Shown: in pieces, positions 9,849 through 20,102 of the stretch
Position numbering within the stretch: the stretch's first letter is position 1
Layout of the letters: every line of letters begins with the position of its first letter
NCBI GenBank assembly: GCA_045807625.1
Contig: JBJMHA010000063.1
Coordinates: 1,481 to 65,480 of the forward strand
Source: Thermoanaerobaculia bacterium
GTDB taxonomy: Bacteria > Acidobacteriota > Thermoanaerobaculia > Multivoradales > UBA5704
Reading direction: 5' to 3'
DNA length: 64,000 nt
Notes under the pieces: generated by a model
What the model was told of the DNA's origin: nothing
What the model saw: only the letters and a program-made list of their open reading frames with translations
The model's database searches: none
Program-made: the position numbers and the translations under genes

Positions 9849-11734
9849 CCCCCCTCCTCCAGCCGCGTCGCCGGAGCCACGACCTCGGGCAGGGGCGCCT
9901 GTCCGGGCGGCGCCGGCCGGGTGAGGTCGTAGACCCAGATCACCGGTCCCTTCCCTCCCCAGGATGCGGGATCGAAGGCGCGGACCCGCTCCGTCCGGTC
10001 GAGCTCGCGGTAGAAGCGGACGAAGGAGGGGAAGCGGGGGCCGCGCCCGAAGGGGGTGAAGTACTGGTTGCGCGCCAGGCTGTTGGTCACCACGTAGCGC
10101 ACCCCCTCCCGGCGGTACTCCGCGACCGGGCCGGGCTGGCGGGAGACGAGCGGGTTTCCCATGTCGAGGTCGGTGGGGTCGCTCCGTAGCTCCGCGTCGC
10201 TCTTCTCGCGCGGCAGCCACCACGGGTGCCCGAGCTCGTCGAGGTTGAAGCCGTCTGGCGGCGGGTACCGGCGCAGCAGGTCGAGGCGCAGCTCCTGGTT
10301 CTCCGTGAAGGGGCCCGGCGGCAGCCCGCGCAGCACCGCCGCCATGCGGTCCGCCGACTGCCGGCCGCCGTTGAGGGGCGGGCCGTAGTCGTCGAGCAGG
10401 ACGCGGGCGTTCCGGGGGAGGCTCTCCCGCAGCCAGCGGTAGGCCACCAGCCGGCTGTCCACGCGGTTGATGACCCGGTTGCGCTGGACGGTCACGATCA
10501 GCGTCGGCACGGACGCGGCGGCCGCCAGCAGGAGGGCGGCGGCGCGGGCGCGCGGCTCGGGGAGGCGGAGGGGACGGACGGCGGCCAGCGCTCCCGGCCA
10601 GGCGAGGGTCGCCAGCAGGGGATAGAGGGCGTTCAGGTGGCGGGCCTGCGCATGGTAGGCGGCCACGGTGACCGCGGCGAGGAAGAAGGCCAGGCTCGGG
10701 ATCAGCACCAGCAGGCCGTACCAGCGGGTCTCGCGGCGGACGAGGGTGGCGGCGAGGCCCAGGAGCGCCAGGGCCAGCAGGACGGCGCCCAGCGATTCCC
10801 CCGAGGTGACCAGCGCCAGAAAGGCCCCGGCGGCCCCCCGGGTGGTGGCGGCCCCCGGCGTGAGCTCCAGGCCGCTGTCCGGCTCGTAACGGACGGCCGG
10901 GCTCCCCCCGGCGGTCCCCAGCGCCTTGGCGATCATCGCCCCGGTCTCCTGCCCCCAGGTGGGGTCGAGGAAGTTGTAGGGGGAGGTGGCGAAGAAGGCG
11001 GCTCCGAAGAGGACGAGGACCAGGGCGCAGCGCCCGGCCACCGTCCGCCACGGAACCCTCTGGGAAACGCCGCGCAGAACCTCCAGCGCCAGGTAGGCGG
11101 GCACCAGCACGACCCCGTAGTAGTGGGTGCCCATGGCCGCGCCGGCCAGCAGGGCGGCGAGGACCAGGGGCCGCAATCTCGGGCTCTCGCGCGTCCCCAG
11201 GAAGGCCCAGACCGAGAGCGCCATCCAGAGGCCGCACGGCACGTCGCTCTTGATCGTCCGCGAGGAGTCGACCATCGGCGCCAGCACCGCGGCAGCCAGA
11301 GCGCCGGCGACCCCCGCCCAGGGGTTGGCGAAGACTTTGCGGCCGATCCGGTAGACCACCCAGACGGTGGCGACGCCGCAGGCCGCGACCAGCAGCCGGC
11401 CGATGAGCAGGAACGGCCCGGGGGTGAAGAGGAAATGCGCGCCGAATTCGGCGGTCGAGTGGAACCAGCCCAACCCCCGGCCGAGCAGGTAGTAGAGCCC
11501 ATAGCAGAAGACCAGCAGGTACATGAAGAAGGCCGGCTTGTGGAACCAGTGGGGGTTGAGGTCCCCCGTGCCCAGGGCCATGGCGCGCCGCATGAAGTGG
11601 AGCTCGTCGCCGTAGTAGGAAAGGGGGAGGTCGTGGCGCACCGCCCAGAGGCGCAGCGCCGCGGCGAGCAGCAGCACGCCGGCAAGGGCGAGACGCGGGA
11701 GGGCTTCGGGCCCGTTGCGCGCGAGCGGTCGCAT
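9845..11734 (-). CDS. ArnT/PMT-family (GT-C) glycosyltransferase, polytopic membrane protein
   Basis: Multiple TM helices and an N-terminal DELHFMRRAM..HKPAFFMYLL motif typical of 4-amino-arabinose/dolichyl-P-mannose type transferases. Large periplasmic C-domain. Confidence 0.75.
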   Translation of the reverse strand: MRPLARNGPEALPRLALAGVLLLAAALRLWAVRHDLPLSYYGDELHFMRRAMALGTGDLNPHWFHKPAFFMYLLVFCYGLYYLLGRGLGWFHSTAEFGAHFLFTPGPFLLIGRLLVAACGVATVWVVYRIGRKVFANPWAGVAGALAAAVLAPMVDSSRTIKSDVPCGLWMALSVWAFLGTRESPRLRPLVLAALLAGAAMGTHYYGVVLVPAYLALEVLRGVSQRVPWRTVAGRCALVLVLFGAAFFATSPYNFLDPTWGQETGAMIAKALGTAGGSPAVRYEPDSGLELTPGAATTRGAAGAFLALVTSGESLGAVLLALALLGLAATLVRRETRWYGLLVLIPSLAFFLAAVTVAAYHAQARHLNALYPLLATLAWPGALAAVRPLRLPEPRARAAALLLAAAASVPTLIVTVQRNRVINRVDSRLVAYRWLRESLPRNARVLLDDYGPPLNGGRQSADRMAAVLRGLPPGPFTENQELRLDLLRRYPPPDGFNLDELGHPWWLPREKSDAELRSDPTDLDMGNPLVSRQPGPVAEYRREGVRYVVTNSLARNQYFTPFGRGPRFPSFVRFYRELDRTERVRAFDPASWGGKGPVIWVYDLTRPAPPGQAPLPEVVAPATRLEEGG

Positions 11735-11743
11735 GGAGGAGCG

Positions 11744-12730
11744 CTACGCCCCGTGGATACTGAAGACGGCGCCCATGCCCACCCCCTCGAGGTCGATCTG
11801 GCGGCGGAGGGCGCGCTGCTCGAGATCGTAGAGGGCGATGCGGGTCGGGCGCTCGCGGTGGTGCTCGGTCTCGCGGAAGCCGTGGCGGATCCAGCTCAGG
11901 TTCCGGCGCAGGGTGGTGTAGCGAATGCGCGAGAAGCCGATCCAGGCCTGGCCGTCCTCAACAGGGAGGAGGCCGCGGCACCAGCCGAGCGGCCGGTCCT
12001 CGTCAGGGACATTGAGATCGAACGTGGTCTTCCGCCCCGTCGCCAAGTCGAAACGGACGACGCACCCGCTGACGGTGGTGAAGAAGAGCTCGTTGCCCAC
12101 CACGTGGCCGTCGTGGATCCCCTCCTCGCTTCCGACGTCGAACGGCGACCGGCCGTTCACGCCGTCCACGGGGATGGCGTCGCGCTGGTTGAAGCGGGTG
12201 ACCCAGGGGCGCCCGTCGAGGAAGAAGATGAAGTTGGGATGGGAGCGGTGGGGCTTGGTGGTGGGCACCTTGCGGTAGTCGACGCCGGGCGAGAAGCGGT
12301 CCCACGGCGAGCCGCCGAGCACGCTCACCAGCCGCAGCAGCTCCCCGTCGGGGGAGAGCTCGGCCACCGCGTCGAGGCCGGTGACGGCCACGAACAGCCG
12401 GCCGTCGGGAGCCGGGGCCACGTGGTGGAGGTCGTTGAAGCAGGGGAGCGAGATCACCCGCCGGATGCGGAAGCTTGGGAGGTCGCAGACCAGCACCTCG
12501 GTCTGCGTGCACAGCCAGGCGGTATCCCCTTCGAAGGTGGCGGCCTTGAAGACGAACGACGGGGTGTCGCCATCCGGGCAGTGCTCCGGCGGCGTCTCGT
12601 ATTCGAGCACCCGCTCCAGCCGGCCGTCGCGGACCTGGACGACCAGGGACTTCCGGTACTGGGACCACTCCTTGGGCTTGGAGAACTGGACCCGCTGCTC
12701 TCCCCCCACCACCCAGAGCGTCTCGGTCAT
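11744..12730 (-). CDS. Hypothetical protein (possible beta-propeller fold)
   Basis: Start MTETLWVVGGEQ, ATGA-coupled to the upstream flippase. Globular composition. The upstream part of ORF 11744..14218 is rejected. Confidence 0.5.
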   Translation of the reverse strand: MTETLWVVGGEQRVQFSKPKEWSQYRKSLVVQVRDGRLERVLEYETPPEHCPDGDTPSFVFKAATFEGDTAWLCTQTEVLVCDLPSFRIRRVISLPCFNDLHHVAPAPDGRLFVAVTGLDAVAELSPDGELLRLVSVLGGSPWDRFSPGVDYRKVPTTKPHRSHPNFIFFLDGRPWVTRFNQRDAIPVDGVNGRSPFDVGSEEGIHDGHVVGNELFFTTVSGCVVRFDLATGRKTTFDLNVPDEDRPLGWCRGLLPVEDGQAWIGFSRIRYTTLRRNLSWIRHGFRETEHHRERPTRIALYDLEQRALRRQIDLEGVGMGAVFSIHGA

Positions 12731-14202
12731 TGCACCTTCCGGAACAGCGCGCTCTCGCGCACCAGCGTCAGGGCCCGCTTCCACTGCGCGGGCCGGGTGT
12801 AGACGAACGTGCGCACCCCGATCAGGGACCGCGCCGACCTCACCAGAGCCAGGTTGATCACGATCAGCGTCACCGTAGTGGCGACGGCGATGCCGTACCC
12901 GCCCCACCGGGGGGCGAGCAGGAAGCTCAGGGCCGCGTTGAGGGCGGCCCCGCCCAGCGTCAGCAGGAGGAGCCGAACGTGGTGCCCCGCCATCTGCAGG
13001 GCGAAGCCGGCGCCGCCGGAGGCCGAGTCCCAGAAGCTGCCGACGGCGAGCACGAGCAGGATCCCCCAGGCGCCCACGTAGGAGCGGCCGTAGGCCAGTT
13101 GGATCAACGGCCGGCCGAGCAGCAGCAGGCCGGCGAGGCAGAGGGCCGAGAGCATGGCCACCAGGGTCGCCGCGGTGCGCGCCAGCCCCTCCATCTCCCC
13201 CTTCCTGCCGTCGGCGTAGAGCAGCGCGAATTCCTGCGGCACCACGAAGTTGGCGATGCTGGGGATCGCCGCCATGAGCTGCAGCAGGGTCGCCGCCACG
13301 CCGTAGACCGCCACGTCCTCGTGCGGGCGGGCCCAGGAGAGGATCCACAGGCTGGAGGAGACGAAGATCACCGAGGCGGCGCTGCGCAGCCCCATGGCGG
13401 TCGAGGTGCCGAGGATCTCCCGGTACCCCGGCGGATGGCAGGCGTCGCGCGGCTCGGAGCTCTCGCCGGGCGTGGTCGAGAGCAGCGCCAGGGCGTAGAG
13501 GACGCAGGTGACCAGCAACGCCCCCACGTAGACGGCGGCCAGCATCTCCCAAGGCTCCTGGGCGGGAGCCGTATAGAGGAGGATGAGGAAGCCGCCGAGG
13601 ATCAGCCCGCGCGGGATGAGGTGGGTGAGCGGCGCCGACAGCGAGTAGAGCCGGAACGAGCGCAGATAGCTGTCCACCAGGAAGCCGAAGGAGGAGAGGA
13701 CCCCCGCCGCCAGCAGGAAGCCGGTCGCCTTGCCCAGCTCGGGCGCGTCGAGCTTGCGGGCGATCGCCGGCCAGGCCAGGGCGAGCGGCGGCACCACCAA
13801 TCCCCAGAGGAAGGCCTGGAGGCCGAAGAGCCGCCGCCGCAGCACCGCCGTGGCATACGCTCCCCCCTTGCCGCGGCTGATCGGAGCGAAGCGCAGGGCC
13901 GCCGGGCCCAGGCCGAGCTGGAGCGCCATGCCCAGCGCCATCACCGCCTGCTGGAGCAGCATGTAGGAGGCCACGGCGGGCTTCTCCGCCACCCGCACCA
14001 GCACCATGCCGCTGCCGAAGCCGAGCGCCATGCCGGCGAGCTGGCTGACGCCGAACAGCGCCCCGCCGCGGAGCAGACGGGCCCGGGCGGCCTCCTCCTC
14101 TCCACGCGCGGCCTCCACCCCCGGGCCGGGGGCCTCCGGAGGGCTCAGTGGAATGGTGAGGGTCTCGTCGCTCGCCGACATGTTGTCCCGTGCGCGGTGC
14201 AA
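12727..14202 (-). CDS. wzx: Polysaccharide biosynthesis flippase (Wzx/MOP superfamily)
   Basis: About 12 predicted TM helices and MATE/Wzx-like hydrophobic repeats. An alternative start at 14181 (MSASDETL) is possible. Confidence 0.75.
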   Translation of the reverse strand: MHRARDNMSASDETLTIPLSPPEAPGPGVEAARGEEEAARARLLRGGALFGVSQLAGMALGFGSGMVLVRVAEKPAVASYMLLQQAVMALGMALQLGLGPAALRFAPISRGKGGAYATAVLRRRLFGLQAFLWGLVVPPLALAWPAIARKLDAPELGKATGFLLAAGVLSSFGFLVDSYLRSFRLYSLSAPLTHLIPRGLILGGFLILLYTAPAQEPWEMLAAVYVGALLVTCVLYALALLSTTPGESSEPRDACHPPGYREILGTSTAMGLRSAASVIFVSSSLWILSWARPHEDVAVYGVAATLLQLMAAIPSIANFVVPQEFALLYADGRKGEMEGLARTAATLVAMLSALCLAGLLLLGRPLIQLAYGRSYVGAWGILLVLAVGSFWDSASGGAGFALQMAGHHVRLLLLTLGGAALNAALSFLLAPRWGGYGIAVATTVTLIVINLALVRSARSLIGVRTFVYTRPAQWKRALTLVRESALFRKVQ

Positions 14203-14239
14203 GAACGTTGCCCGTCAATTGTCCCCGTCAAAGCGGCCG

Positions 14240-16954
14240 TCAGTGAGGGACCGTGGCGCTTCCCGCGGCCAATGCCACGGCGGCGTGCAGCCGGGTGAGG
14301 GTCTGCCCCTCGATCTTGCCCAGCGGCAGCACGTCCCCCTTCTGGTGCAGGATCGCCTGGATCATCCGCTCCCCGGCCCGCGCCAGCTCCGGATCGCCGC
14401 TCTGCCGGCCGGCCCGCACCAGCAGGGCCACGGTGCCGAACTTCTCGGGGTTGTAGAGCTCGCGGTCCTTGGGCTCGGCGGTGGAGAAGGTGCCGCCGAT
14501 CCGCGGGCCGCTCCAGGTGATGGCGATCAGCCGCGGCCAGGGAGCGTCGGGCCGGGTCTCGATCTTCCCCTTTTCTTGGCCCGGCCCCAGCACGGCGACC
14601 GTGCGGGCGAGGGCCTCGAGGACCCGGCTGGGCCGGAGCGGCGGCTCGCCGAGGGGGGCGTCGCCGGTGTCCCGCTGCCAGCGGTAGAGGTTCTCGCCGT
14701 CGTAGAAGCCGTTGGTCCAGGCCGGGCCGGCCTCATAGACCCCGGGGCCCTGCCCCGGGACGGTCTTCTCGCCGAGGAAGCCGTAGCGCTTGCCGCCCCG
14801 CTGGAGCTCGGCGTACTGCTGGGTCAGGGCGCGGGCGAGCCCCGAGCGATAGTCCTCCAGGAAGCTGGCATCCGGGCTCGCCAGCCCCAGGAAGCGGAAG
14901 GCGGCGGTCCACTGCGAGGGGGCGCGGCCGGTGAAGGAGGAGGAGTCGTTGTCCGGCGGACGGGTGGCCGCGCAGGCCGGGCCGTCCGGCCCGTGCGGCG
15001 CCGTCACCGGCTGGGGGCCCCGGTCCGGGCAGACCAGGCGGCGCATGCTGTCGCCCCCCCGCAGCACGGTGTCCACCACCGTCGAGTCGCCGGTCAGCCA
15101 GTAGTAGAGGAAGAGGTTCTCGAAATAGGCGTGGGAGCTGTTGAAGTCGGTCCGGTAGGCGCCGTAGCCGGTGGGCGCCTGGCCGCAGTAGAACCACTTC
15201 TCCTCCGGGCCGCACTGCATGATCTGGGTGTGCAGGGTGCGCAGGGCGGCGGGGAAGGCGATCTCGTCGAGCCACTCGACCTCCCCCGAGCGCATCGCCC
15301 AGATCGCCGCCGTCTCCGTGGTGTTGTGGTAGTCGGTCCAGGAGGTGCACCAGAACTTGTCGTCCCAAGCTTCGCCCGGCGTCGGGTCCCCCTCCTTGCC
15401 GCACTCGACCTCGCCGGTCTCCCCCTTCACCCCCCAGTAGCGCGGATAGACGCCGAAGGTCATCAGCCCGGCGAGGCCGTCGGCGTCGACCCTCTCGGAG
15501 GTCGCCTTGAGCGCGCGCGGGATCAGGCCGTCGTAGGCCGCGAGGCTCTTGGGGAGGGGACCCGCGGGGACCTCGTCGACCGCCTCGGAGCGGGTGAGCC
15601 AGGCGGCGTCCGGCCAGGCATGCAACGGATGATTGAGCGGGGCCCAGGCGACCCGGTCGAGCTCGGCCCGGCTCGCCGGCTTGGGGGAGGCGGTCACCGC
15701 CATCGTCGCGAACATCCCCTGGTGATTGGCGAGCCAGGCCTTGCCGTCCGCCAAGTCGACCGCCAGGCGGCCGCCGGACAGCAACCGGACGGCCTGCGGC
15801 TCGTAGCGGTGCATGTGGTTGAGGGCCACGGCGACCGATCCCGCCGGGCCGGAGACGGCGAGCAGGCCGCCGTCCGCCTGCCTCCCCTCGCGGCGCCGGC
15901 CGCCGGCCGACATCTCGAAACGGAGCGGCGCCGCGCGGCGGTCGCGCAGGGTCTGGCGCACCCAGGCGAGGTCCTCCCCACTGCCGCCCCCGGCGGCCGC
16001 CGACCCCTCCAGCGCCGGCTCCTTGAAGGCGCCGACCGCGGTGACGGCGGCGGGCGGCCCCCCGAGGTCGAGCGCCAGGGCGTCGCGGGCCCGCTCCACC
16101 AGCACGGCGTCGGGCTTGCCGTCCTTGGTCTGGATGCAGCCCGTGCAGGCGAGGTCCCCCTCCCAGGCCACGGCGTGGCGCACCACGGCGGTGGGGGAGC
16201 CGGCGGTGAAGACGTAGCGCCGCCGCGAGCCGAACCGCCCGCCGCCCACCGGCGGCAGGCCGTAGGCGCCGTCGACCACCACCACGGCCGAGAGCGGGCC
16301 CTGCGACTCGATCCGCACGCCGCGCAAGGTGGCATGCCCCCCCTCGGCCGCCGCCGCCCGCAGGGTCATCGCGCCGCCGGTGACCAGCCGCCGGCCGCCC
16401 GGCAGCTCGATGCCGTCGAACAGCGCTCCGGGGTCCCCGCCCAGCCGGAAGGTGGCGGCGCCGGTGTCCACCACCACCTGGTCCCCCTGGCGAGTGAGGC
16501 GCAGGGGGACCGGCGGCGGGGGATTGGCTCCCGCCGAGCCGTCCACCACCAGGGTGTAGGTGGCGCTGCCGCGGGCGGCGACCGTGGCCGGGAAGACCAC
16601 CAGGAGCCACTGGACGGGGGCCGTAACGTCGCCCCTCCCCGCGTTCCAGCGCGCCAGGACCTGGAATTCGGCCGGCACCGCCTTGCCGTCCGGCCCGGCG
16701 ACCGCCAGCGCCCGCGGATCGCGGACCCCAAGGGCGCGGGGGAGCGGCACCCCCGAGCGCAGCACCTCTCCCGAGCGGGCCACCCCGGCGGTCTCGCGCA
16801 CCGCGAGGGGGATCCGCGTGGGGATCCCCGCCTCGGGCCGCGACGGCACCACGGGGCCGGACATCGGCAGCGGGCTCGCCTCCAGGGCCTTTGGGCGCTC
16901 CGGCCCGGAGCAGGCGAGCGACAGCCCGAGCAGCAGGAAGAGAGTGGGTCTCAT
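14240..16954 (-). CDS. Large secreted lipoprotein, possible polysaccharide lyase/hydrolase-like
   Basis: Internal start MRPTLFLLLGLSLACSG (lipobox LAC). W/Y-rich C-terminal half (WTDYHNTTETAAIWAMR, FYCGQAPTGYGAYRTDF). Confidence 0.6.
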   Translation of the reverse strand: MRPTLFLLLGLSLACSGPERPKALEASPLPMSGPVVPSRPEAGIPTRIPLAVRETAGVARSGEVLRSGVPLPRALGVRDPRALAVAGPDGKAVPAEFQVLARWNAGRGDVTAPVQWLLVVFPATVAARGSATYTLVVDGSAGANPPPPVPLRLTRQGDQVVVDTGAATFRLGGDPGALFDGIELPGGRRLVTGGAMTLRAAAAEGGHATLRGVRIESQGPLSAVVVVDGAYGLPPVGGGRFGSRRRYVFTAGSPTAVVRHAVAWEGDLACTGCIQTKDGKPDAVLVERARDALALDLGGPPAAVTAVGAFKEPALEGSAAAGGGSGEDLAWVRQTLRDRRAAPLRFEMSAGGRRREGRQADGGLLAVSGPAGSVAVALNHMHRYEPQAVRLLSGGRLAVDLADGKAWLANHQGMFATMAVTASPKPASRAELDRVAWAPLNHPLHAWPDAAWLTRSEAVDEVPAGPLPKSLAAYDGLIPRALKATSERVDADGLAGLMTFGVYPRYWGVKGETGEVECGKEGDPTPGEAWDDKFWCTSWTDYHNTTETAAIWAMRSGEVEWLDEIAFPAALRTLHTQIMQCGPEEKWFYCGQAPTGYGAYRTDFNSSHAYFENLFLYYWLTGDSTVVDTVLRGGDSMRRLVCPDRGPQPVTAPHGPDGPACAATRPPDNDSSSFTGRAPSQWTAAFRFLGLASPDASFLEDYRSGLARALTQQYAELQRGGKRYGFLGEKTVPGQGPGVYEAGPAWTNGFYDGENLYRWQRDTGDAPLGEPPLRPSRVLEALARTVAVLGPGQEKGKIETRPDAPWPRLIAITWSGPRIGGTFSTAEPKDRELYNPEKFGTVALLVRAGRQSGDPELARAGERMIQAILHQKGDVLPLGKIEGQTLTRLHAAVALAAGSATVPH

Positions 16955-17092
16955 AGGCCGGGGCGGGGCTGCGAAATCCGGACCAGGAGGCTCCAGGAGG
17001 GCGCGGCGGCCCGAGATCACGCAAAAAGGGAAAATGGCGGAGGAAAGAATTACCTGATCGCCCCGGCATGAATGCCCGGGCTACGCCTCAAA

Positions 17093-17158
17093 CAAAAAGC
17101 CGGCTGAAGCCGGCTCCTGAGCTAAAGGTGTCCTGAGAGCCGGCTTCAGCCGGCTTTT
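17093..17158 (-). terminator. Strong GC hairpin (rho-independent-type) downstream of the RRM gene, nested within longer palindromes
   Basis: aaaaagccggctgaagccggctc ... gagccggcttcagccggctttt; flanked by cccgggcat..atgcccggg palindromes. Confidence 0.5.
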
Positions 17159-17202
17159 CGTTTCCAAGCGTAGCCCGGGCATTGATGCCCGGGCGGAAAG
17201 CC

Positions 17203-17502
17203 CTACCAGCGCTCGCCGCCGCCGCTGTAGGCCCGCTGGCCTCCGCCGGCCGGCCGGTTCTCCCGCGGACGGGCCTCGTTCACGTTGATCTTGCGGCCCA
17301 TCAGATCACGGCCGTTCAACTGGGTGATCGCCGCTTCGCCCTCCGAGCTCTCCGGCATCTCCAGGAAGCCGAACCCCTTGGACTGGCCGGTGACCTTGTC
17401 CTTGATGATGGTGCAGGACGACACTCTTCCGAATTCCTCGAAAGTCTCGCGCAATTGATCCTCGGTGATCCGGTAGGGCAGATTGCCCACGTACAAATTC
17501 AT
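17203..17502 (-). CDS. RRM-type RNA-binding protein (glycine-rich C-tail)
   Basis: MNLYVGNLPY (RNP-2) and KGFGFLEM (RNP-1) motifs; C-terminal RPAGGGQRAYSGGGERW. Confidence 0.85.
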   Translation of the reverse strand: MNLYVGNLPYRITEDQLRETFEEFGRVSSCTIIKDKVTGQSKGFGFLEMPESSEGEAAITQLNGRDLMGRKINVNEARPRENRPAGGGQRAYSGGGERW

Positions 17503-17619
17503 CTCGGTCTCCTTTGGCATGTTCGAGGAGTATTTGTAAGCAAAAACTCTGCCTGTTCAAAGGATTTTCGCGGCGATGGGGAGACCGGGGGCGGCGGCGG
17601 TCCGCCGCCCCGGACGGGA

Positions 17620-19827
17620 TCAGCCGAGGGAGGGATAGAGCTGGCGGTAGCTGTCCGCCAGGACCAGGATGCGCTTGACGTAATTGCGCGACTCGTCGAT
17701 GTTCAGCGTCTCGAGGAAGTCGGCGAGCTGGGCGTCCGGCCGCTTCTCCGTCCACAGGCGCTGGATGCGGTTCGGCCCGCCGTTGTAGCTGGCGAGGGCG
17801 AGCTCCACGTTGCCGTCGAAGCGGTCGAGCAGCTCCTTGAAGTAGGTCGAGCCCAGCCGCACGCTGGTCGCCGGATCGTAGAGCCGGTCGGGGGCGTAGG
17901 GCACTCCCACCTTGCGGGACATCTCGCGGGCGGTGTTCGGCATGAGCTGCATCAGGCCGCGCGCCCCCACCGGGCTGGTCGCCCTGGGATCGAAGGCGCT
18001 CTCCTGGCGGATGATGCCGGCGATGATGTGCCCCGGCAGCCCCGTCTCGCGGGCGCACTCGCGGATCTGGTCGCCGAAGGTCAGCGGGTAGTAGGCGAAG
18101 AGGACCTCCGCGGGGACGTTGGCCTGGTAGGGGCCGCCCAGCGCCGGGTAGGCCTCGCGCAGCAGCACCAGGCCGGAGCGCTGGTCCCCCTTGTGGCAGA
18201 GGATCAGGCCTTTGAGCGCCAGCACGTCGCGAGGATTGGCCTTGGCGGCCACCAGCTCGAGCTCCTGGCTGGCCAGCTCGTCGAGGCCGAGGTCGGTGAG
18301 GAGCTTCGGCCGCCGTAGCGCCGGCTCAGCCGGCCAGGAGCCGGCCTGGGACTGCGAGAGCATCTCGGCGTTGGCGGCGGGAGCGGCCGTCTCGCCCAGG
18401 CCGGTCAGCGCCTGCCGGGCGTAGAAGTCGGAGGTGTCCGAGGAGGCCACGATCTGGCGGAAGAGCGCGTGCGCCTCCTCCTGCCGCCCCATCTCCTCCA
18501 GGGCGCGGGCCTGCCAGTAGCGGCCGCGCTGCGCGTCGCCGTCCTCGGGGTAGATGTCGCCGAGCACGCTCCAGGCGGCCACCGCTCCGGCGGGGTCCCC
18601 CGCCTGATAGCTCCGCCAGCCGCGCTCCCAGAGATCGCTGGCGCCGGTCTCGTCCAGGGGATCGACCCGCCGCAGCAGCCGCAGGGTGTCGACCGCCGGA
18701 TCGAGCAGGCCGGCCTTCTGGAAATCCTTGTAAAGACGGCGCAGGGCCTCGGCCGAGAGCTGCAGCTTGGCGTGGGTCCGCACCAGCTTGGCGAGGGAGA
18801 TGGAGGCGGCGTCCGCCTGGCCCGCCTCGGCCATCGCCAGCACCCGCTCCCATTCGAGCGCGGCGCGCTCCTCGGAGTCCGCGGGCATCATCATGTCCAG
18901 CACCGTGAGGGCGTCGTGGCCTTCGCCGTTCCGCAGGAGCCCGCGCGCCCTCGTGAGATGCCACTGGAAGCCGCGCTCCTCGTCGGGGACCTGATCGAGC
19001 GTCAGCAGGGCCGCCCGCGTGCTGTCCCCGGCGAGGAACGACTGCGCGCGGCGCAGCACCTCCTGGGGCGAGAGCAGGTGGGCCCAGTCCATCCCGCCGT
19101 CCGGGGCGCGGAAGGCGTGCACCACCTGCGCGGCGTCCGAGGAGAGCGGGGCCTCGATCAGCAGCCGGCGGCCGGCCTCGCGCTGCGCCGGCTCGTCCGC
19201 CACCTGGCGGCCGAGCTTCCAGGCCAGCCGGTCGAGGTCCTCGTTCTCGACCCCGGCCTGGCGGGCCTGCCGCACGAGGTCGAGGGCGGCCTGCGGCTGG
19301 CCGTGGCCCGCCGCGAGCTGCGCCGCCTCCAGGAAGGCGGCCGGCCGCAGGGGCGAATCCGGATGCCCGGCCAGCAGGTTGGCGTAGGTGCCGCGCGCGA
19401 GGTCCTGGTCCCCCCGCCGGGCGGCGCTCTTGGCGAGCAGGTAGAGCCGCCAGTCCTCCAGGGAACCCCCGGAGGCCGGAGCGCTCGCGAGCAGCTCCTC
19501 CGCCTGGCGGTCGTCCCCCGCCTGGTGGGCGTAGAGGCCGGCGAGGACCCGGGCCTGATCGGCCTGGTCGGGATGTTGGGAGGCGACCGAATCGAGATGC
19601 TGGCGGGCTTCTTGCAAATCTCCATGTCGCAGGGCCTCGGCGGCCTGGGCATAGAGATTCTCGGGAAGCGTGGGGTGGTGCTGCCGCCAGGCCTGTTGAT
19701 CCGCGCTCTCGGGACGCACGATGAGCGAGGCGGTGGGCTGGGGAGAGCTCACCAGCACCGAGACCGTGAACAGGGAGGAGACGATCAGGAAAAGAACGAC
19801 GATAGAGCGAGCCGAATACTTCTTCAT
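17620..19827 (-). CDS. slt: Soluble lytic murein transglycosylase (Slt family: signal peptide, superhelical/TPR-like domain, C-terminal SLT domain)
   Basis: C-terminal SLT catalytic region GIIRQESAFDPRATSPVGARGLMQLMP...YNGGPNR. Start MKKYSARSIVVLF with signal peptide. Confidence 0.85.
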   Translation of the reverse strand: MKKYSARSIVVLFLIVSSLFTVSVLVSSPQPTASLIVRPESADQQAWRQHHPTLPENLYAQAAEALRHGDLQEARQHLDSVASQHPDQADQARVLAGLYAHQAGDDRQAEELLASAPASGGSLEDWRLYLLAKSAARRGDQDLARGTYANLLAGHPDSPLRPAAFLEAAQLAAGHGQPQAALDLVRQARQAGVENEDLDRLAWKLGRQVADEPAQREAGRRLLIEAPLSSDAAQVVHAFRAPDGGMDWAHLLSPQEVLRRAQSFLAGDSTRAALLTLDQVPDEERGFQWHLTRARGLLRNGEGHDALTVLDMMMPADSEERAALEWERVLAMAEAGQADAASISLAKLVRTHAKLQLSAEALRRLYKDFQKAGLLDPAVDTLRLLRRVDPLDETGASDLWERGWRSYQAGDPAGAVAAWSVLGDIYPEDGDAQRGRYWQARALEEMGRQEEAHALFRQIVASSDTSDFYARQALTGLGETAAPAANAEMLSQSQAGSWPAEPALRRPKLLTDLGLDELASQELELVAAKANPRDVLALKGLILCHKGDQRSGLVLLREAYPALGGPYQANVPAEVLFAYYPLTFGDQIRECARETGLPGHIIAGIIRQESAFDPRATSPVGARGLMQLMPNTAREMSRKVGVPYAPDRLYDPATSVRLGSTYFKELLDRFDGNVELALASYNGGPNRIQRLWTEKRPDAQLADFLETLNIDESRNYVKRILVLADSYRQLYPSLG

Positions 19828-20102
19828 GGGCCTCCGTCCGACCAGGGTTGGCGACTGCGCGTTGTAAAACTGTCCGAGACCGCCCGAGTCTCGGCCTGAT
19901 TGTCGTCGGCTGGGGTGTCCCCAACTACTTCTGCTAACCCGTAGGATACGGGCCACATTCCCTCCCGTCTACCCTTTTTGCACAAAATCTCATCTTCTCG
20001 ATGAATTCCCTCGGCCTGTGTGTAAGATTTGTAAGAGTTGCCTGTTTTCGGCCGTCAGCGGGTGGGCTGGAGGGGCTGCTTGTGAGAGCTTCTTGCACGC
20101 CG

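Noticed and set aside
8334-11237. 967-aa minus-strand ORF, and similar very long ORFs (10226..12802 plus, 14006..17071 plus, 14733..17069 minus, 18326..19924 minus, 20125..22224 minus, 20418..21827 plus, 26615..28321 plus, 30223..33279 plus, 38066..41230 plus, 38478..40457 minus, 54094..56628 minus, 54102..57917 plus, 58187..59527 minus)
   Set aside because: These have Arg/Gly/Pro/Ala-dominated low-complexity translations, low GC3 relative to the partner frame, and they overlap well-supported homologous genes on the other strand or frame. They are typical shadow ORFs of high-GC DNA.
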